A DNA stretch of 64,000 nucleotides from Lama guanicoe (taxonomy: Eukaryota): NCBI GenBank assembly GCA_013239625.1, contig MU053304.1, forward strand, positions 558,001-622,000, read 5' to 3'. How positions within the stretch are numbered: the first letter of the stretch is position 1; each line of letters begins with the position of its first letter. The translations under genes were made by a program, and so were the position numbers. The notes beneath the pieces were generated by a model. That model saw only the letters and a list, made by a program, of their open reading frames with translations, was not told the DNA's origin and did not search any database. Shown here in pieces: positions 12,841 to 27,110 of the stretch.

Positions 12841-13246
12841 GTGTATTAGTCAGCTCGGGCTGCCATAACAGGATACCACAGACTGAGCGGCTTAAACAAG
12901 AGACATTTGTTTTCCACAGTCTGTAGCTTCAAGTCCAAGATCAAGGTGTTGGCAAGGCTGGCTCTGGTGAGGTCTCTTCTCCTGGCCTGCGGATGGCTGC
13001 CTTCTCACTGTGTCCTCACGTGGCCTCTTATCTGTGCTCACACAAGCACACACATGCGCACGCGTGCGCACACACACAGAAACAGCACTCTGGTGTCTCC
13101 TCCTCTTCTTATAAGGACGTAAGTTCTGTTGGATTGGGGTCCTATGCTTTTGATCTCATTTAACCTTGATTACTTCCTTAAAGACATCTCTAAATACAGT
13201 CACACTGGGGGGTTAGAGCTTCAACGTATGAATTTGCAGGGGAACA
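12841..13246 (-). mobile_element. MaLR LTR (MLT1A-like), reverse orientation
   Basis: Motifs 'tgtattagtc..ctcgggctgccataaca..ataccacagactg', 'aagtccaagatcaaggtg' and 'ttcaacgtatgaattt'. Confidence 0.75.
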
Positions 13247-15749
13247 CCTTACTTCACGGGACTGGTTTTCTCCCAGAGGCATCTGGGGAAATGCAGATTT
13301 AACTTCCTTGAACTTGATCCCAGGGACATGGGGTGGGAGGGGGCACTTTGTTGGCAAGTGGCTGTCATCCATCCCTGCCTGTATAACAATATTCTTGATA
13401 TGGCAGGAGAGGAGAAAGAGCTGCGGTAGATTTTTTAAAGGTCACAATATTTTGTGGCTCCTCCTGTCTTTTCTCTGTCTCCTGAATCAGAGTCAGCCAC
13501 ATGACTTGCCTTTGTCAAGGGGACAGTAGGAAACATGACACAAGCAGAGGCTTAAAAAGTGTTTGTGCTTTGGGGCTTGGCTTCTCTTACTCTTTTTGGA
13601 ACCCAGCTGCCAAGCAAAGAAGTTTGGCTAGCTTGATAATGAGATTCTTGTGGCCCAGTTGCCCTCATCACCCCAGCCAAATGCCAGACATGTGAGAGGG
13701 GTCAACAGTGACACAGACCATTCAGCCCCCAAACCACTTGCCTAACTTTGGCCCCATAGTGAACCCAGGTGAGACCAGCAGAAGAACCACCCAGCTAAGC
13801 CCAGCCCAAATAACAATAACAACAAACAACAACAACAACAGTATTTACTCTGAACTACTCAGTTTTGAGGCATTTTCCTACATAGTAGTGAAGTCATCTT
13901 AGAAGAGACCTGTGACTGCTTTATACGGAATAGTCTTCTCAGGGTGCTGCTGTCTGAACCAAGTTAACTTCTCAGTGCTGTGGCAAAATATCTTTGCCGC
14001 CAATCTTGTATTAAAGTTTTCTAATCTCTTAAAGATATTAGCTTGATGAATATCAGGTGGAAAATCTTAAATTGATACCCCACAAAAAATAGGATGTGAG
14101 TTTTATCAGGTCGATCCCTGAAATTAGCCATAATATATTGGCTATAGCAAAACTGAAAACATGTTTTAAATGATAGAATGTCTTAAATATGTAAAAACTG
14201 ACCAATCTTGAATATTCTTGAATATCCCACTGGAAGGAGCTGGTGAAACACTTAGGTTTACTTGCAAAGCAATTTCCTTTTGAGAAATGGTACCATCCTC
14301 TGAAAAATCAAGCTGAAATGACTGTCTTGTTCAGTCTTGGTTATCTTCGGAGAGTCAGGGGCAGGGAAATGGGAGAGAGAACAGTGGATATGGGGACAGC
14401 TTCCAGGTGCCCTCCCAGCCTGATCTGGCTCTCTGCTGCCGCCCAGTGCTGGTTCTGTGGCATCACAGGAGGGTGCCAATCCCTGATTTAGGCTCCTGGC
14501 TCTGTAGGAGGCGCATCTCTCTGAGGGTCTGGCTCTGAGTCCCAGACCCCATGTGACAAGATGAGAAACAGGTTTGTGTTCCATACTCACTCCCATCCCT
14601 ACCCTGAAAGCTACACATTCACTGTCACTCTAAAGGTGTCTAGTGACAGGAGAACAGAGATCATTAGCAACCACTGCCTTTTCTGGGCCGATTTTATTTT
14701 GGGGTCCCACTCACATCATTTTAGGTACACAGAAGATCACTCAAATTCCACATTAAATGTGAGTTCCATATAATTATATAAGCGTTGACTTGCATTGAAG
14801 TTGAGGGGGTTTTTTCCTGGTCAAATACATGTAATATAAACTATACCATTTAAACCATTTAAAAGTGTGCAATTCAGTAGTATTAGGCACATTCACAACA
14901 TAATATGACCATCACCACTATGTAGTTCCAGAACTTTTTCATCACCTCAAATGGCAACTTGTACCCATTAAGCAGTCACCGCATTTAACTTTTTAATATG
15001 TGTGGTCACAAATTTTAGGTATTTAAACATTAACTTTTATTATTAACATTTACTAATCTGAAAATTACACTTTTATTTTTATATTTGGAACCAATGAATC
15101 TTTTTTTTAAAGTTACACATATTCTCATAGGACATTAAGTCTACTAGATGTAGCCCTGTGCCTGGGGTATCTGGGTATAAGGAGACCATGAGAAACCTCC
15201 CTCCACTCCCACCTCTGAGCCCTACCAGGAACTACTGGGACCCTGGGCTGCCTTCCCAGGGCTCCCTGCCCTCTGCACCACCATCAGCAATGGATTCTTT
15301 TAAACATACCTGTACAGCATAACTGTTTACCTAAATTATAAAAGTATGACATGGCCATTATAGACAAGTTGGAAAGTGCAGGTAAGCATGAAGGAGAATA
15401 ACTACCCTTTCTAATTCTACCACCTTGAGATCACCACTGTTAACATCTAGGTATCTTTTTTCCCGCAATCCTTTTTTTTTTCTAGGCAAAATTACCATCC
15501 AACTTACCTCAAGCAACATATACATGGTATATTTTTACTTACAAAACTGGGATTGCACTGTACTTTCAGTTTGAAACTTTGCCTTTGTCCACTTACTAAA
15601 AATGCTCCTTGGAGCAATTTCCTATATCCTTAACTATAATTTTAATAGCTGAATACATTCAAATATAAATTTTAATTGAAAATATAACTTCAAATTTAAC
15701 AGTTGCACTCTCATCATTTAGACACATTACACTTTATTTAGCTAGGCTT

Positions 15750-16510
15750 CTTTTTTTTTTAATTGATGTATAGGTGATTTACAATGTTGTGTTAGTTTCT
15801 GGTGTACAGCACAGTGATTCAGTTATATAAATATACATTCCTTTTTATATTCTTTTTCATTATAGATTATTACAAGATACTGAATATAGTTGCCTGTACT
15901 ATATAGTAGGACTTTGTTGTTTATCTATTTTATATCTGTTAATCCTAAACTCCTAATTTATCCCTCCCCAGTCTCTAGATCCATCCATGTTACTGCAAAC
16001 AGCATTATTTCATTCTTTTTTTGTGGCTGAGAAGTAGTCCGTTGTATATATATATACCATACCTTCCTTAGCCAATCATCTGTTAATGGACATTCAGGTT
16101 GCTTCCATGTCTTGGCTACTGTAAATAGTGCTGCTGTGAGCATTGGGATGTATGAATCTTTTTGAATTAGAGTTTTTTTTTTCCTGGGTATACACCCAGA
16201 AATGGGATTGCTGGGTCATATGGTAACTCTATGTTTAGTTTGTTAAGAACCTCCATACTGTTTTCCACAGTGGCTGCACCAAATTACATTCCCACCAACA
16301 GCGTAGAAGGGTCTCCTTTTCTCCACACCGTCTCCAGCATTTATCGTTTGTGAACGTTTTAATGATGGCTATTCTGATCGGTGTGAGGTGACACCTCATT
16401 GTAGTTTTGATTTGTATTTCTCAGATGACTAGTGATGTTGAGCATCTTTTCATGTGCCTTTTGGCCATCTCTATGTCTTCATTGGAGAAATGTCTAATTT
16501 GGTCTTCTGC
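15750..16510 (-). mobile_element. LINE-1 3' fragment (ORF2 C-terminus and 3' UTR)
   Basis: The minus-strand ORF 15958-16143 reads like the L1 ORF2 C-terminus (AALFTVAKTWKQPECP..DDW.RKVWYIY). Poly-T end near 15750. Confidence 0.9.
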
Positions 16511-17459
16511 AGCCAGGCACCTATGGCAGGACGTTTTTTAGTCAGTTTTCACTAGCAATAGCTGCAGGAACAGCGTATCCCAACATCTCAGTAGCTCACG
16601 ACTATCTGGGCATATTCCTTGCCCTTCTTACATTTCCTCCACAGCTTGGATATGGCTTGACTCCTTTTGGCAATGGGTCAGCTGTGGCTGTGATTCTCTG
16701 TTCAAGCTGAAAAAACAGCCCCCACCAGGGACACGTCAGTCTTGGGCAGAGGACAAGTGCAAGTGAGCAGGTGGAAATAAGCAATGGCTCTTAAAGTCGC
16801 TGCTATGATGTGCCACAGGTCCTGTCGGCACACAGGCCATTGGCAAAGGCAGTCATGGGGTCAAGGCCAAAGTCAGTGGGGCTGGGTTAATAGTCTTTCC
16901 CAAGGCGGCACCACAGGTCACTCGGCAGTGGGTGGGGCTGTATAATCCTCTTGCAGGAAGCGAGAGTGAATAATTGGGAACAATAATACAACTGTCTACA
17001 GATGTTTTGTGTTTAAACTATTAAATTGCTTTTGAGCTCTCTTTTTTAATGATATTAAATCTTATGCAATTAAAAAATTAAATTTTCATTTTAACCAAGG
17101 TTGCACAGGTACGTGTTTTTAAAAGTCAAATAATTCTTTATGGCTTATAAAAAAACCAAAATGCCCCAAATAGCAGCTTCCTTCCAAACAAATTCCCACA
17201 CCTCAACCAACTGAAGAAGAACTTTCCCAGTCTTACGATGTGCCAGGAACTATGCTACATAATTTACCCAGATTATCTCAACCTGATCCTTACAACCAGC
17301 TCAGGAGGTAAAGTTTATATTATTACTCTCTCTAATAGAGAAGAAATTTAGGCTGAAGAAGCCATTTCTTTGGTATAAGGGGCCATGTGCCAGCAGCAGA
17401 CATCTTTGCGATTAGAAACCGGGTTACCCAATGCCAGAAACTGGGAGTGGAACATCCCT

Positions 17460-17615
17460 GGCAGCGTCTCTCACCGTGTGGTCCTCACCAGCAGCATCAG
17501 CCTCATCTGGAACCTTGTTAGAAATGCATGTTTCCTGGGCCCCATCCAGCCCTGCTGGCTCAGAAACTCTGGGGTTACAATCAGCAGTTAGGTGACTCTG
17601 ATAGACACAAAAGAT
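17460..17615. mobile_element. MER5A-like hAT MITE fragment
   Basis: Motif 'gtggtcctc.ccagcagcatcagc.tcatctggaaccttgttagaaatgca'. Confidence 0.6.
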
Positions 17616-18264
17616 TGACAGCTGGGTTCCACCAGCCTTGCTCCCTCCTCCTGAGAGCCAGGAAGGTACCTGTGCCCTGTTACCTTCCCTCCCCTACTCT
17701 ACCCCTCCCCTTTCCTTTCCCTCCCCCAACCCTTCCCCCTCCCCTCCCCTTTCCCCCACCACATCAGTGATTTGAGGCTGTTAAAAACTTCCCTTTGGAG
17801 CCAGACTTATGAGCCCCTGCCCTTCCGTGGTCCTCCTCACTGGCCCTCCCTCACCCCCAACATGCCCCCCATGTCCACCTCCAGCCAGACTGCAGCCACA
17901 GCCACAGATCTCCTCTCTTTCCCCTTTGAGAGACGAATGTGTGCGTGTGTGGCTTGGGGCCCTGGCTGGTTGCTCTGGGAGGTCTGTCCAGCTGTAACCT
18001 GGGCCCAGAGTTGCCTGATGTCTGGTCTGGAACCGCTAGCTGGGATCTTTGCACTTTTCATCTAGGAAATAGATGGAAAGAAGGCCCAAACCTGTATAAG
18101 GTATTCAGGTCCTCCACCTTCTAGTCAGGGGCCCAAACCCCTGAGTAACTGGATGCCATGGCTCCACTGTCAATCACCAAGGGACAAGATGGGGCTGGCC
18201 CAGAGCACTGTGGGAAGGTGGGGAGGGGCCCTGACCGAACGTGGATGAGCTTAGAAGCTGAGGA

Positions 18265-18760
18265 ATCATTCATTTATTCAATATGTATCAGGCGCTGCCT
18301 CCTATGACCTGGTATTGGGAAGACACTAGAGAATGAGATGTTCTCCTGGAATTTCCAGACTAGAGCAAGGAGATAGGCAATAAACAAGAAAACAAGTAAA
18401 TAAAATCGTTCCAGACTGCAGTAAGTTCCATGTAGGGCATAAACAGGGGATGTAATAGAAGGTTTGGGGGTGGAGAGGGGCATGCCAGAATGTGTTGTCA
18501 GGGAAGCCATCTCAGAGCTCTGAAGGATGAGATGGTGCCAGGCAAAGAGCCAGAGAAAGGGAGTCCTACCAGAGCAAACAGCACATGCAAAGGCCCTGAG
18601 GTGGCAGAGAGTGGTCTGGCCAAGCACAGGGAAGGAGAATGTGAGCAGAGGTAGGCAAGGCTCAGCAGTAGGCTGAGTTAAGCTTGGGTTTATTCTAAGA
18701 GCCTTAGGAGGATTTTCAGCAGGACAGTCATGTTATTTGGTCTGATTTATGTGAGATCTG
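18265..18760 (-). mobile_element. Ancient LINE-2 3' fragment
   Basis: 'tcattcatttattcaa' L2 tail, then 'cagcacatgcaaaggccctgaggtgg' and 'gggttttattctaag'. Confidence 0.6.
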
Positions 18761-19177
18761 GCTATGGGACCTGAACTTCATGAGTATTTTGAGTGGTTTT
18801 TGTAATTTTCCATTTGTAGTGTTGTGTTGGGAAAGTCTTAATGAGGGCTATTTTTGGTTTTCTGGCCAACTTGGTTAAATCAACAACAGAATGCATGTTA
18901 TGCATGCAGAACAGCAGGGCAAGTCTCAAAACCTCCACCTGCTTCTTTATGACCTTGGGGTTGTCTCCCCCAGGATAGGTCCTCATGCCCGCTGAATGGT
19001 GGACCATTCGTCCCTGACATCCTGTCACTCAGCACCCTCCAGGCCTGCCTTCCACTGTGAGCAGATGCATCAGTCAGGGCTCCCTAGGGAAACAGAACCA
19101 ATAGGAGATAGATGATAGATACATAGATTGGTAACAAAACTTTTGACCTGGGCTCTTTTGCTCTGTTGCTCTGGGCA

Positions 19178-19181
<4 letters not shown>

Positions 19182-19215
<34 letters not shown>
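19182..19215. repeat. (TG)17 microsatellite
   Basis: Read directly from the sequence. Confidence 0.95.
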
Positions 19216-19218
<3 letters not shown>

Positions 19219-20264
19219 GGAACATTAACATCCACCAACTATCTTTTGCTTGAAGTTGAGGGCATTAGGCTGAGGCTGAGCAGGCCTGAGTTGGGGAAAG
19301 AATAAAATTCTGGGCACCTGTTTCCCAGCCTGGGCCTGGAGCCTGGTGTGAGAAGCTGGTCGAGCCCAAACCTCTCCCCTCAGCTGTTTGACTCTCAGCC
19401 TGAGTTCAGTGACCCCCGATGAGGTTCCCGGCCAAAGTGACTTGGGCCCCGCTAGGCAGGAGATGCCTCACTACACTGGTTCCTTTGCTCGGGGCTGGGG
19501 AGGGGGGCAGTTTCCCTAATTTCAAGTCTTGGCTGTGCGATCTTTGCTTTCCCTTAATCAGATACCTCAAGGTCAAATTCGAAGGGTCTGATCCTTCCCA
19601 CAGAGTCCACTGAACTCTGCTCCCACAGCCCTTCATAACCTCCTGCTTCTCTGTCTCGGTGGTTTGTGTGGTCGGACGACGCCCAGCCGCAGAGACAGGC
19701 AAAATAAGCCCAAGGGGAAATGAGCACGTCCCCCACATCCAACTCTGGGGTGGAGGGCAGGAAAAGGCCCTGGTTAACAGTCCCGCCTGAAAGGGTATGT
19801 CTGTCTGTGTCAGCGGGTAGGCAGATCATACCAGGCTCGCGCCCGGTGTGCTGGGGGGAAGGCGGCCAGCTCTGTAACTATTCTGGACTTTGATTCAAGC
19901 CTTTGCCCTGGACAGTCAGCGAGGGGGCAGTTTCCCCTGTTTCAGAATCAGCCCCACCCCCGGGGACCTTGACCCCCAGCCCGAAGAACATGATTGCTTT
20001 ATCTTGAGTTCCCTCAACAGCAAAACTTGAGACAAGAATTGGGTGAAGTCATGTATCTGATGTGATCTCGAAGAATATGGGGTTGAGGAGTGAGACAAAG
20101 ATGAGAGGAAAGAAAATCAGGTGTGTATTAACGGGCAAGTTCTGGCCTTGGGAAAGTGGGGTTGAGTCCTACTAGGGACCCCTCTGAGAGACTCTGTGGA
20201 ACATACCTCACAGTTGTCCCACCAGGGGGAAAGAACGCTGTGGTACATTCATTATCTGTTTTTT

Positions 20265-20890
20265 AAAACAGTTTTAATAAGATATAATTGTCATATGATA
20301 CAATTCACCCATTAAAAGTTACAATCCAGTGGTTTTTCGTATGTTTACAGATATGTGCAACCATCACCATAGTCAATTCAGAAGATTTTTATAACTTCAA
20401 AAAGAAATCCCACCCCTTTAGCTATCACCAGTCTCCACCGCTACCCACCTCAGCCTAAGCAACCACTACCCTACTTTCTGTAACTATAGATTTGACTATC
20501 CTGGCCATTTCATATGAATAGAGTCATTAATACATGGATTTTTGTGACTGGCTTACTTTACTTTTCATCATTCAGTCAAGCTATAGCATGTATCTGCACT
20601 TCCTTTTTATGGCCAAATAATATTCCATTGTATGAATATACCACATTTGGTTTCTCCATTTGTTCACTGATAGACATTTGGGTTATTTCCACCTTTTGAC
20701 TACCGTAAATAATGCTGCTATGGAAATTTGTGCACAAGTTTTTGTGTAAACATGTTTTCATTTCTCTTGGGTGTTCTAGGAGTAGAATTGCTGGGTCATA
20801 TGGTAAGGCTATATTCAATCATTTGAGGGACCCTCAAACTGTTTTCCAAAGTGGCTACCCTATTTTACCTTCCTACCAGGAGTGTATGAG
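20265..20890 (-). mobile_element. Old LINE-1 (L1M-type) 3' fragment
   Basis: The minus-strand ORF 20576-20818 has L1 ORF2-like motifs (LPYDPAILLL..PREMKT). An MLT1-type LTR follows at about 20891-21375. Confidence 0.8.
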
Positions 20891-23800
20891 AGTATTAGCT
20901 ATTGCTGCATAACAAATTACTCTCAAACTTAGCAGCTTAAAACAATAAACATTTATTATATCACCCCGTTTTTGAGGGTCAAGGATCCAGGAGCAGCTGA
21001 GTTGACTGGTTCTGGCTCAGGGTCTCTTGTGAAGCTGGAATCATCTGAAGATCTGACTAGGACTGGAGGATCCACTTCCAAAGGGGCTCTTTCACTTGCC
21101 TGACAAGTTAATGCTGGTTCTTGGCAGGAGTCCTTCGTTCCCTCACCACACACACACATACTTATAACAAAGCAGATGGCTTCCACAAAGAGCAAGTGAA
21201 GCAAAAGAGAGTAAGGCAGAGGCTGCAAGACTTTTATGGTTTGGGGTTTGACACACTGTCATTTCTGCAATATCCTATTGCCTAGTTCAACCCTATCAGT
21301 GTGGGAGGGATCTACCCGGGGTGTGAATACTGGGAAGCAGGGCTCATTGGGGGCCATCTTGGAAGCTGCCTACCACTTAAGACATTTATTGGTCCATTTT
21401 CATCCCTCCATGGGAGGGTGGTCCCTGGGGTGTTAAGTCCCTGACACTTCTGGCCTAAGCTAGAACACCCTGGAGACACTATAATGCTGAAGAACAGTCT
21501 CAGGCAGAGAGAGCGAAAGATTCAGGAAGCTGTCAGTTTGTATGAGCTGTATTTGCAGATGTCTACAGGAGACGAGGGGAGGGCACTGACTTCACCTGCT
21601 ACAGTGGTCACACCTGCCTGTATCAGGTCTCCTGTGTCCCGCTTCCTTGCTGAGAGGCCCACTGCCACCCAGCATTTGTCCTGATGCCAACATCCCTCCC
21701 CTTCCCTGCCTGAGTGTGCCCACCCTTTGGTGTGTTTCCTATCCTGTGGCTGGAACTTTGTTCCAGCTCTTATCTGCTCCTCCCTTATTTGGTCAACAGC
21801 TATTTCAGCAGATTCCTCAGACTTCTTTAACTACTTACTTAACTGATTTTTTGTTTGTTTTATGATTACACAAGCAATACACACTGATGAAAATTAAAAG
21901 ACCAAAAAACATCTAACTTAGAAAGTGGAAGTCCCTTGTAATCCACTCTCCAGAAATGGCCACTGTTGCTTGATTGACGTATATTCTTCAACAATTTCCG
22001 AGGCATAAAAACCCACCCAGTAATTTATGTGCCTGCTGCTATGTTCCTTACAGGTTTATCTTGGCAACATATCTTGCCTGGGTGCCTTTCTAGGACAACA
22101 TGTGTTGTCAGCCTTCATCTTCACATGCATGCACTGTGCTACTTAATATGCACATCTCACCATTTATTTTGCCGCTTCCTTAATAGCAGGTGTCTTTGGA
22201 TTCCCCTGTCTCCTTCTCTTGGCCTGACTCTGATTTCAGTTGCAGCTGGGGAGGGAGGGTCCCTACTTGGGTCCATGCCCTGCATCTTCTGATTTCTGCT
22301 CCAGAACTTTCTCTGACACAAAGGAGCCCTCTGGACTCTTGTACAAACATAGTCAGGAAGTGCCACTGAGCTAAGAGCCCTGGAGGGAGTCAACTAGCAA
22401 CCACTTGTCTGGTCCTTCAGGCAGATGGCTCAGGAGGTACCCAGAGAACTCTGCTTTCAGGAGCTAAGACAAAGAAAATTTAGATTGTCTTCAGGCAAAA
22501 TTGCAAAACTAAAAGGATAAACCTCAATAGTTTGGTAGTTATTGTGAAATTTGTCTTCCAGAAATGTTGTAATTCCTATCCGTGTTGAGGGAGCCTGTTT
22601 CCCTCTATCTGGAGGCTGGGTGCAGGGAGGAGGGTGTCCTGCATGCCTCTTAGATAGAGGTGGGGAGGGGGAGGAGACAGCTCAGAGCTAGGCTTGAGTG
22701 GGTGAGGAGGGATCTTCAAGATTGAATACTGGAGGGAGTCTACTCAATAAGTAAACATGTTGAAAATAACAGAAGGCATTTTTTCACTCTCAAGGTGGGA
22801 TAGAAAAGGATGAATGCTATGGTGTTGGGTTGGAATTAGAGGTACTGATGTCAGTTCATGTTTTTCAATATTTACAGATAGATATAAAAGTAAATCTTGA
22901 TGTGTGCGTATGTGTGTGTTTATATACATGTGCATTTATCTTATACATCTATTCCCTAGTTCAGCTCGCTGAGAGGGCCTGGGGACAACGCTCCAGTAGT
23001 AATGAGCACACATGGCACCCAGAGTTTGGTTTCTAAACTCTAGTTTAAAAGGAACCAGAGCTCCTGGGAAAATGGCTGAATCCATGCCGGCCCAGGGAAG
23101 CACATGACGAGCCAGGAATATGTTTTTGTGCTAGAAAATACAGAAATATTTATGATGCTACATGAAAAGGTTATAGAAGGCAGCTTGAAGGGGTTCCCAC
23201 TGGCCAAATCTGGGACAATTTAAACATCATAAATAATGACAATGGATAACGATTCATTGAATAAAATAGGAAATCCTGAGTCCACATGGATATAAATAAA
23301 TAATGAGAGGCAAAAAATTTTTCTCACAGTAAAACGCCAGCTAATTAATGAAGGTATGATAGAATTAGAATCACCATTTGGCAACCAGTAATTAATTCAT
23401 CTAAAAATCATAAATGAATGCTAAAATTAGTGGGTAAGAGTTTGGTGAGAAATGGGATATTTGCATAATCTCAAAATACCTTCCACAAAATACAAATTAA
23501 TTGCAAAAGGAAAACTAGTAGCTTTCCAGAGGCGAAACCTGGCAGGTACCACTGTAATCGGGGGAATAAAATTATTATTTTTAGGAACAGGACCTGGATT
23601 TAGGCTCCTGGCCAGAGGCTCCTGTGTGCCCTTGGTGGCCAGGAAATGTCCGTTCTGGGCCTGGGCCGAGGTTGCTCTTCTATCCCAGCCTCTGCACCAG
23701 GACCAGCAAGGGGACCATAGGGCAGAAAGCCCCACACTTGGGGGGTGAGTAGTGGAGAGGGGAGCAGGCTAGGGTGGCCTCTGGCTCCTCACACAGGGCC

Positions 23801-24610
23801 TGGGGATCCTGGGTGCGTGACAGGGGTGACACAGTGGAGGATGTGACAGTTGGGGTGACAAAATGGCAGCAGTATGGAGGGGGCCTTTGCGCGCCAGGGT
23901 TTGTGACCGGCTGGAGTGCATCTCTGTGTCCAAGTTTTCCCAAGCTGTCCTTGGAAGGCTTGTGACCAGACTAGGCCTGACCCGAATGATGGTTTGAACA
24001 AAGGGCTTGGCCAGAGACAAGCCACTAGGATTCCATGAGGAACTGCCTTTTAAAATGAAAAAAAAAAAAAAAAAAGAAGTATATAGTTATTATAGGAAGA
24101 ACAAATGTTGACTGTTGAGAAAAATCTTTTAAACTGAAAACAAAAAGAATTAATTCCCCTCCTCTTACCCGAATCTACTCCCCAGAGATAAGCCTGTTAA
24201 CTTCAGAATTGAGGGCCCCAAGAGACATGGCCGCCCCTCCCTCAGGGCTGCTGGGTGCCTGGGATGAGCCCGCCCAGCTCCACTCCCCAAGGGGTACGTG
24301 CCTCCATTCTACAGACCGGGAAGCTGAGGCTGCAGGAGGGAAGGGACTTGCCCAAGGTCACACGACTTGTCCCTGTCCCTGTCCTTGCTCTCACTGCAGC
24401 CACCCTCCCTCGCTCCAGAGGAGGCCCTGTCCCCTTCCTGTTCAGGGCCTGGGGCAGGGTGGGGGCTGCGGTCCTCCTGGGGCCCCGTGAGGCTGGGCGC
24501 CTTTCCTGCGGCAGGGGTTCAGCCCGACTGAAGTGGTTCTGCCCTAATGAAGTCCTGCTGGTTGCACCCCACTCTTCCTGTCCTTGTTTACAGCTCCTCC
24601 ACGCAAACAC

Positions 24611-24668
24611 TTGAGACTTTTCTGGGAACTTGAGAGCTTTCTGGGAACTTGAGAGCCTTCATGGGAAG
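24611..24668. repeat. Three-unit 19-bp tandem repeat carrying STAT (GAS) motifs
   Basis: ttgagacttTTCTGGGAAc / ttgagagctTTCTGGGAAc / ttgagagccTTCATGGGAAg. Confidence 0.85.
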
Positions 24669-26399
24669 GCAGGATCCCAGAGAGAGCACCTGCGGGAGGA
24701 GGAGGGCTGCCCCAGCACGGCAGACGACTGTGTGTCCTTCTGGTTCACTCTCCACGAGCTCCTCTTCCCAGAGGATAAAGAGAGAAACATCTATATTATT
24801 TTCTCTTGCTGTCTTGGAAGGAAAATATTAAAAATCTCTTCCCCTGGGTTCAGAAACGTACCAAGCATCTAAGACATGCACTTCCTTTCATTTATTTGAA
24901 AAATAGTTCTTATGTGCTATCTAAGCACTTTCTGGGCACTCTGCAACCTTTATTTCATTTACTGCCCAAAATAACCATATGAAGTAGGTCTGTTGCTGTC
25001 CCCATTTTACAGATGAGGAAACTGAGGCATGGAAAGTCTAAGCAACATGCCCCTCCAACAGACTAAGGACGAAGATTAGTCAACTTCTGTTCCTGGAAAT
25101 GCATCTCACAGTGTCTCTGAGCTGTGACCATGCATTGTCACCCCTTGGAAGGCACCAAGCCGTAACTTGGGAGCTCTTGAATTTTTACCAAGAGTTCCAG
25201 AGTGAACTGGACACCAACACCCTAGGGAAAGGCACTCAATGGCCTGGCTTGTCCCCGCGGAGCAACTGCTTGTGGGCCAGAGCAGGCTAGCCCGAGGCAG
25301 GTGCCACTTCCAAGCCATTCGGGGCCAAGAAGAACAACAGCACCCAGGCAGGGCAGCTCTGGGAGAAAACTCACAGCCCAGGGAAGGAAAGGCAGTGTGG
25401 GCTTCAGAAAGGCAACCAGGCCAGACATGTCTACAAAACCCTAGTCCCGGAGGGGTTAAATATACACACGGGTTTTTCTTTTTCTTTTTCTTTTTTTAAA
25501 TTTAAGTCTAAACTCTTGAAATTTGACCCTCTTTGGAAATGGGGGGACTAAGGTCAGAACTGTAAAGTGAAAGGTAAAAGTTTTTACTCACATAAATTTA
25601 GTTTCAAATCTTAGCTTCAGCACTTAGCTATGGGTCCTTGGGCAAGTTACTGAACATCTCGGGCTCACTGCTTCCTTGTGTTTAAAGCCAATTTGTCATA
25701 ATCTCTGTCTCAAGGCAGCTGGGAGAATTAACATTCTCTACTTGAGAATAAGCTGTTTATAAGTCTGCTATTTTTTTTTTTGTCAGTCCAAATGGATCAA
25801 GAAGGGTTTAAACTTTCAGTTCCCCATGTGGTTCCTTCAAATAAGAGTGTGAGCTGGTCCTTCCAACTTTGAAAATCTGAAATCTTTTATCTTCTTTGCA
25901 GACACATGTTCTCCTGGGCATTGTTTTCCAAAAAAGTTTTGTCAACACTTGGGAGCCTATTGGGATAAGCACCCCCACCACCCCCAACACCAGGTTCCCT
26001 GTGTCCACATGAGATGCACCAGCTTCCTCCTCTGATGCTGATGCATTTGAAGGGGCCTTGAACCCCTGGGTGGCAGGGAATTGCGTGCTTTGTTTCAGCT
26101 GCTTGGCACCTGGGCTGTCTGCCAGGGGCTGTGGATGCCCCACTGCGTGGGGAATCTGCCTTCCTCCGCTCCAGAAGACCCGAGGGCTCACCAAACCGGA
26201 GACGGGGTAGGATCCGTGACATCTCAAGTCTCACCCAGGGCTGGGGGTCCATCAAGTGCCTCAAAGAAGTAGGGACACGGTTCCTGCCTGGGGCTCATAC
26301 CCAAGGGCCACATTGTCAGCCCTTTCAGCTGCAAGGGGTCTTCAGCTACCTGATGATCTTCAGGAAATCCTGCCTAAATTAGCCAGAGCCAGTTTTTGT

Positions 26400-27110
26400 T
26401 TGCTTGTTTCTCATTGAAGTATAGTTGATTTACAATGTTGTGTTGGTTTCAGGTATACAGCAAAGTGATTTAGTTATATACATATATATGTTCTTTTTCA
26501 GATTCTTTTCCATTACAGGTTATTACAAGATACTGGTTATAGTTCCCTGTGCTATATAGTAGGTCCTCGTTGTTCATCTATTTTATATATAGTAATGTGT
26601 ATCTGTTAATCCCAAACTCCTAATTTATACCTCCCCTGCCCTTTCCCCTTTGGTAACCATAGTTTGTTTTATATGTCCATGAGTCTATTTCTGGTTTGTA
26701 AATAAATTCATTTGTATCATTTTTTTTAAGATTCCACATATAAGTGATATCATATAGTATTTTTCTTTCTCTTTCTGGCTTACTTCACTTAGTATGATAA
26801 TCTCTAGGTCCACCCATGTTGCTGCAAATGGCATTATTTCATTCTTTTTTTATGGATGAGTAATACTCCATTGTGTAAATGTACCATATCTTCTTTATCC
26901 AGTCATCTGTTGATGGCCGTTTAGGTTGCTTCCATGTGTTGGCTGTTGTAAATAGTGCTGCTATGAATATAGGGGTGCATGCATATTTTCAAGTTATAGT
27001 TTTATTCTGATATATGCCCAGAAATGGGATTGCTGGGTCATATGGTAACTCTATTTTTAGTTTTTTAAGGAACCTCTATACTGTTCTCCATGGTGGCTGC
27101 ACCAATTTAC
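26400..27110 (-). mobile_element. LINE-1 3' fragment
   Basis: Same L1 3'-UTR/ORF2-end sequence as the copies at 42-439, 15750-16510 and 41525-42210. Confidence 0.9.

Noticed and set aside
13055..13070. 16-bp palindrome TGCGCACGCGTGCGCA (and GCGCATGCGC at 34361-34370)
   Set aside because: Both sit in degenerate (CA)n-like tracts, so the palindromes or NRF1-like motif are likely by-products of microsatellite decay.
17685..17760. C-rich polypyrimidine tract (potential G-quadruplex on the minus strand)
   Set aside because: Ordinary low-complexity sequence with no link to a nearby gene feature.
24611..24668. CRISPR-like repeat array
   Set aside because: Direct tandem units without spacers in mammalian DNA, with no cas genes.
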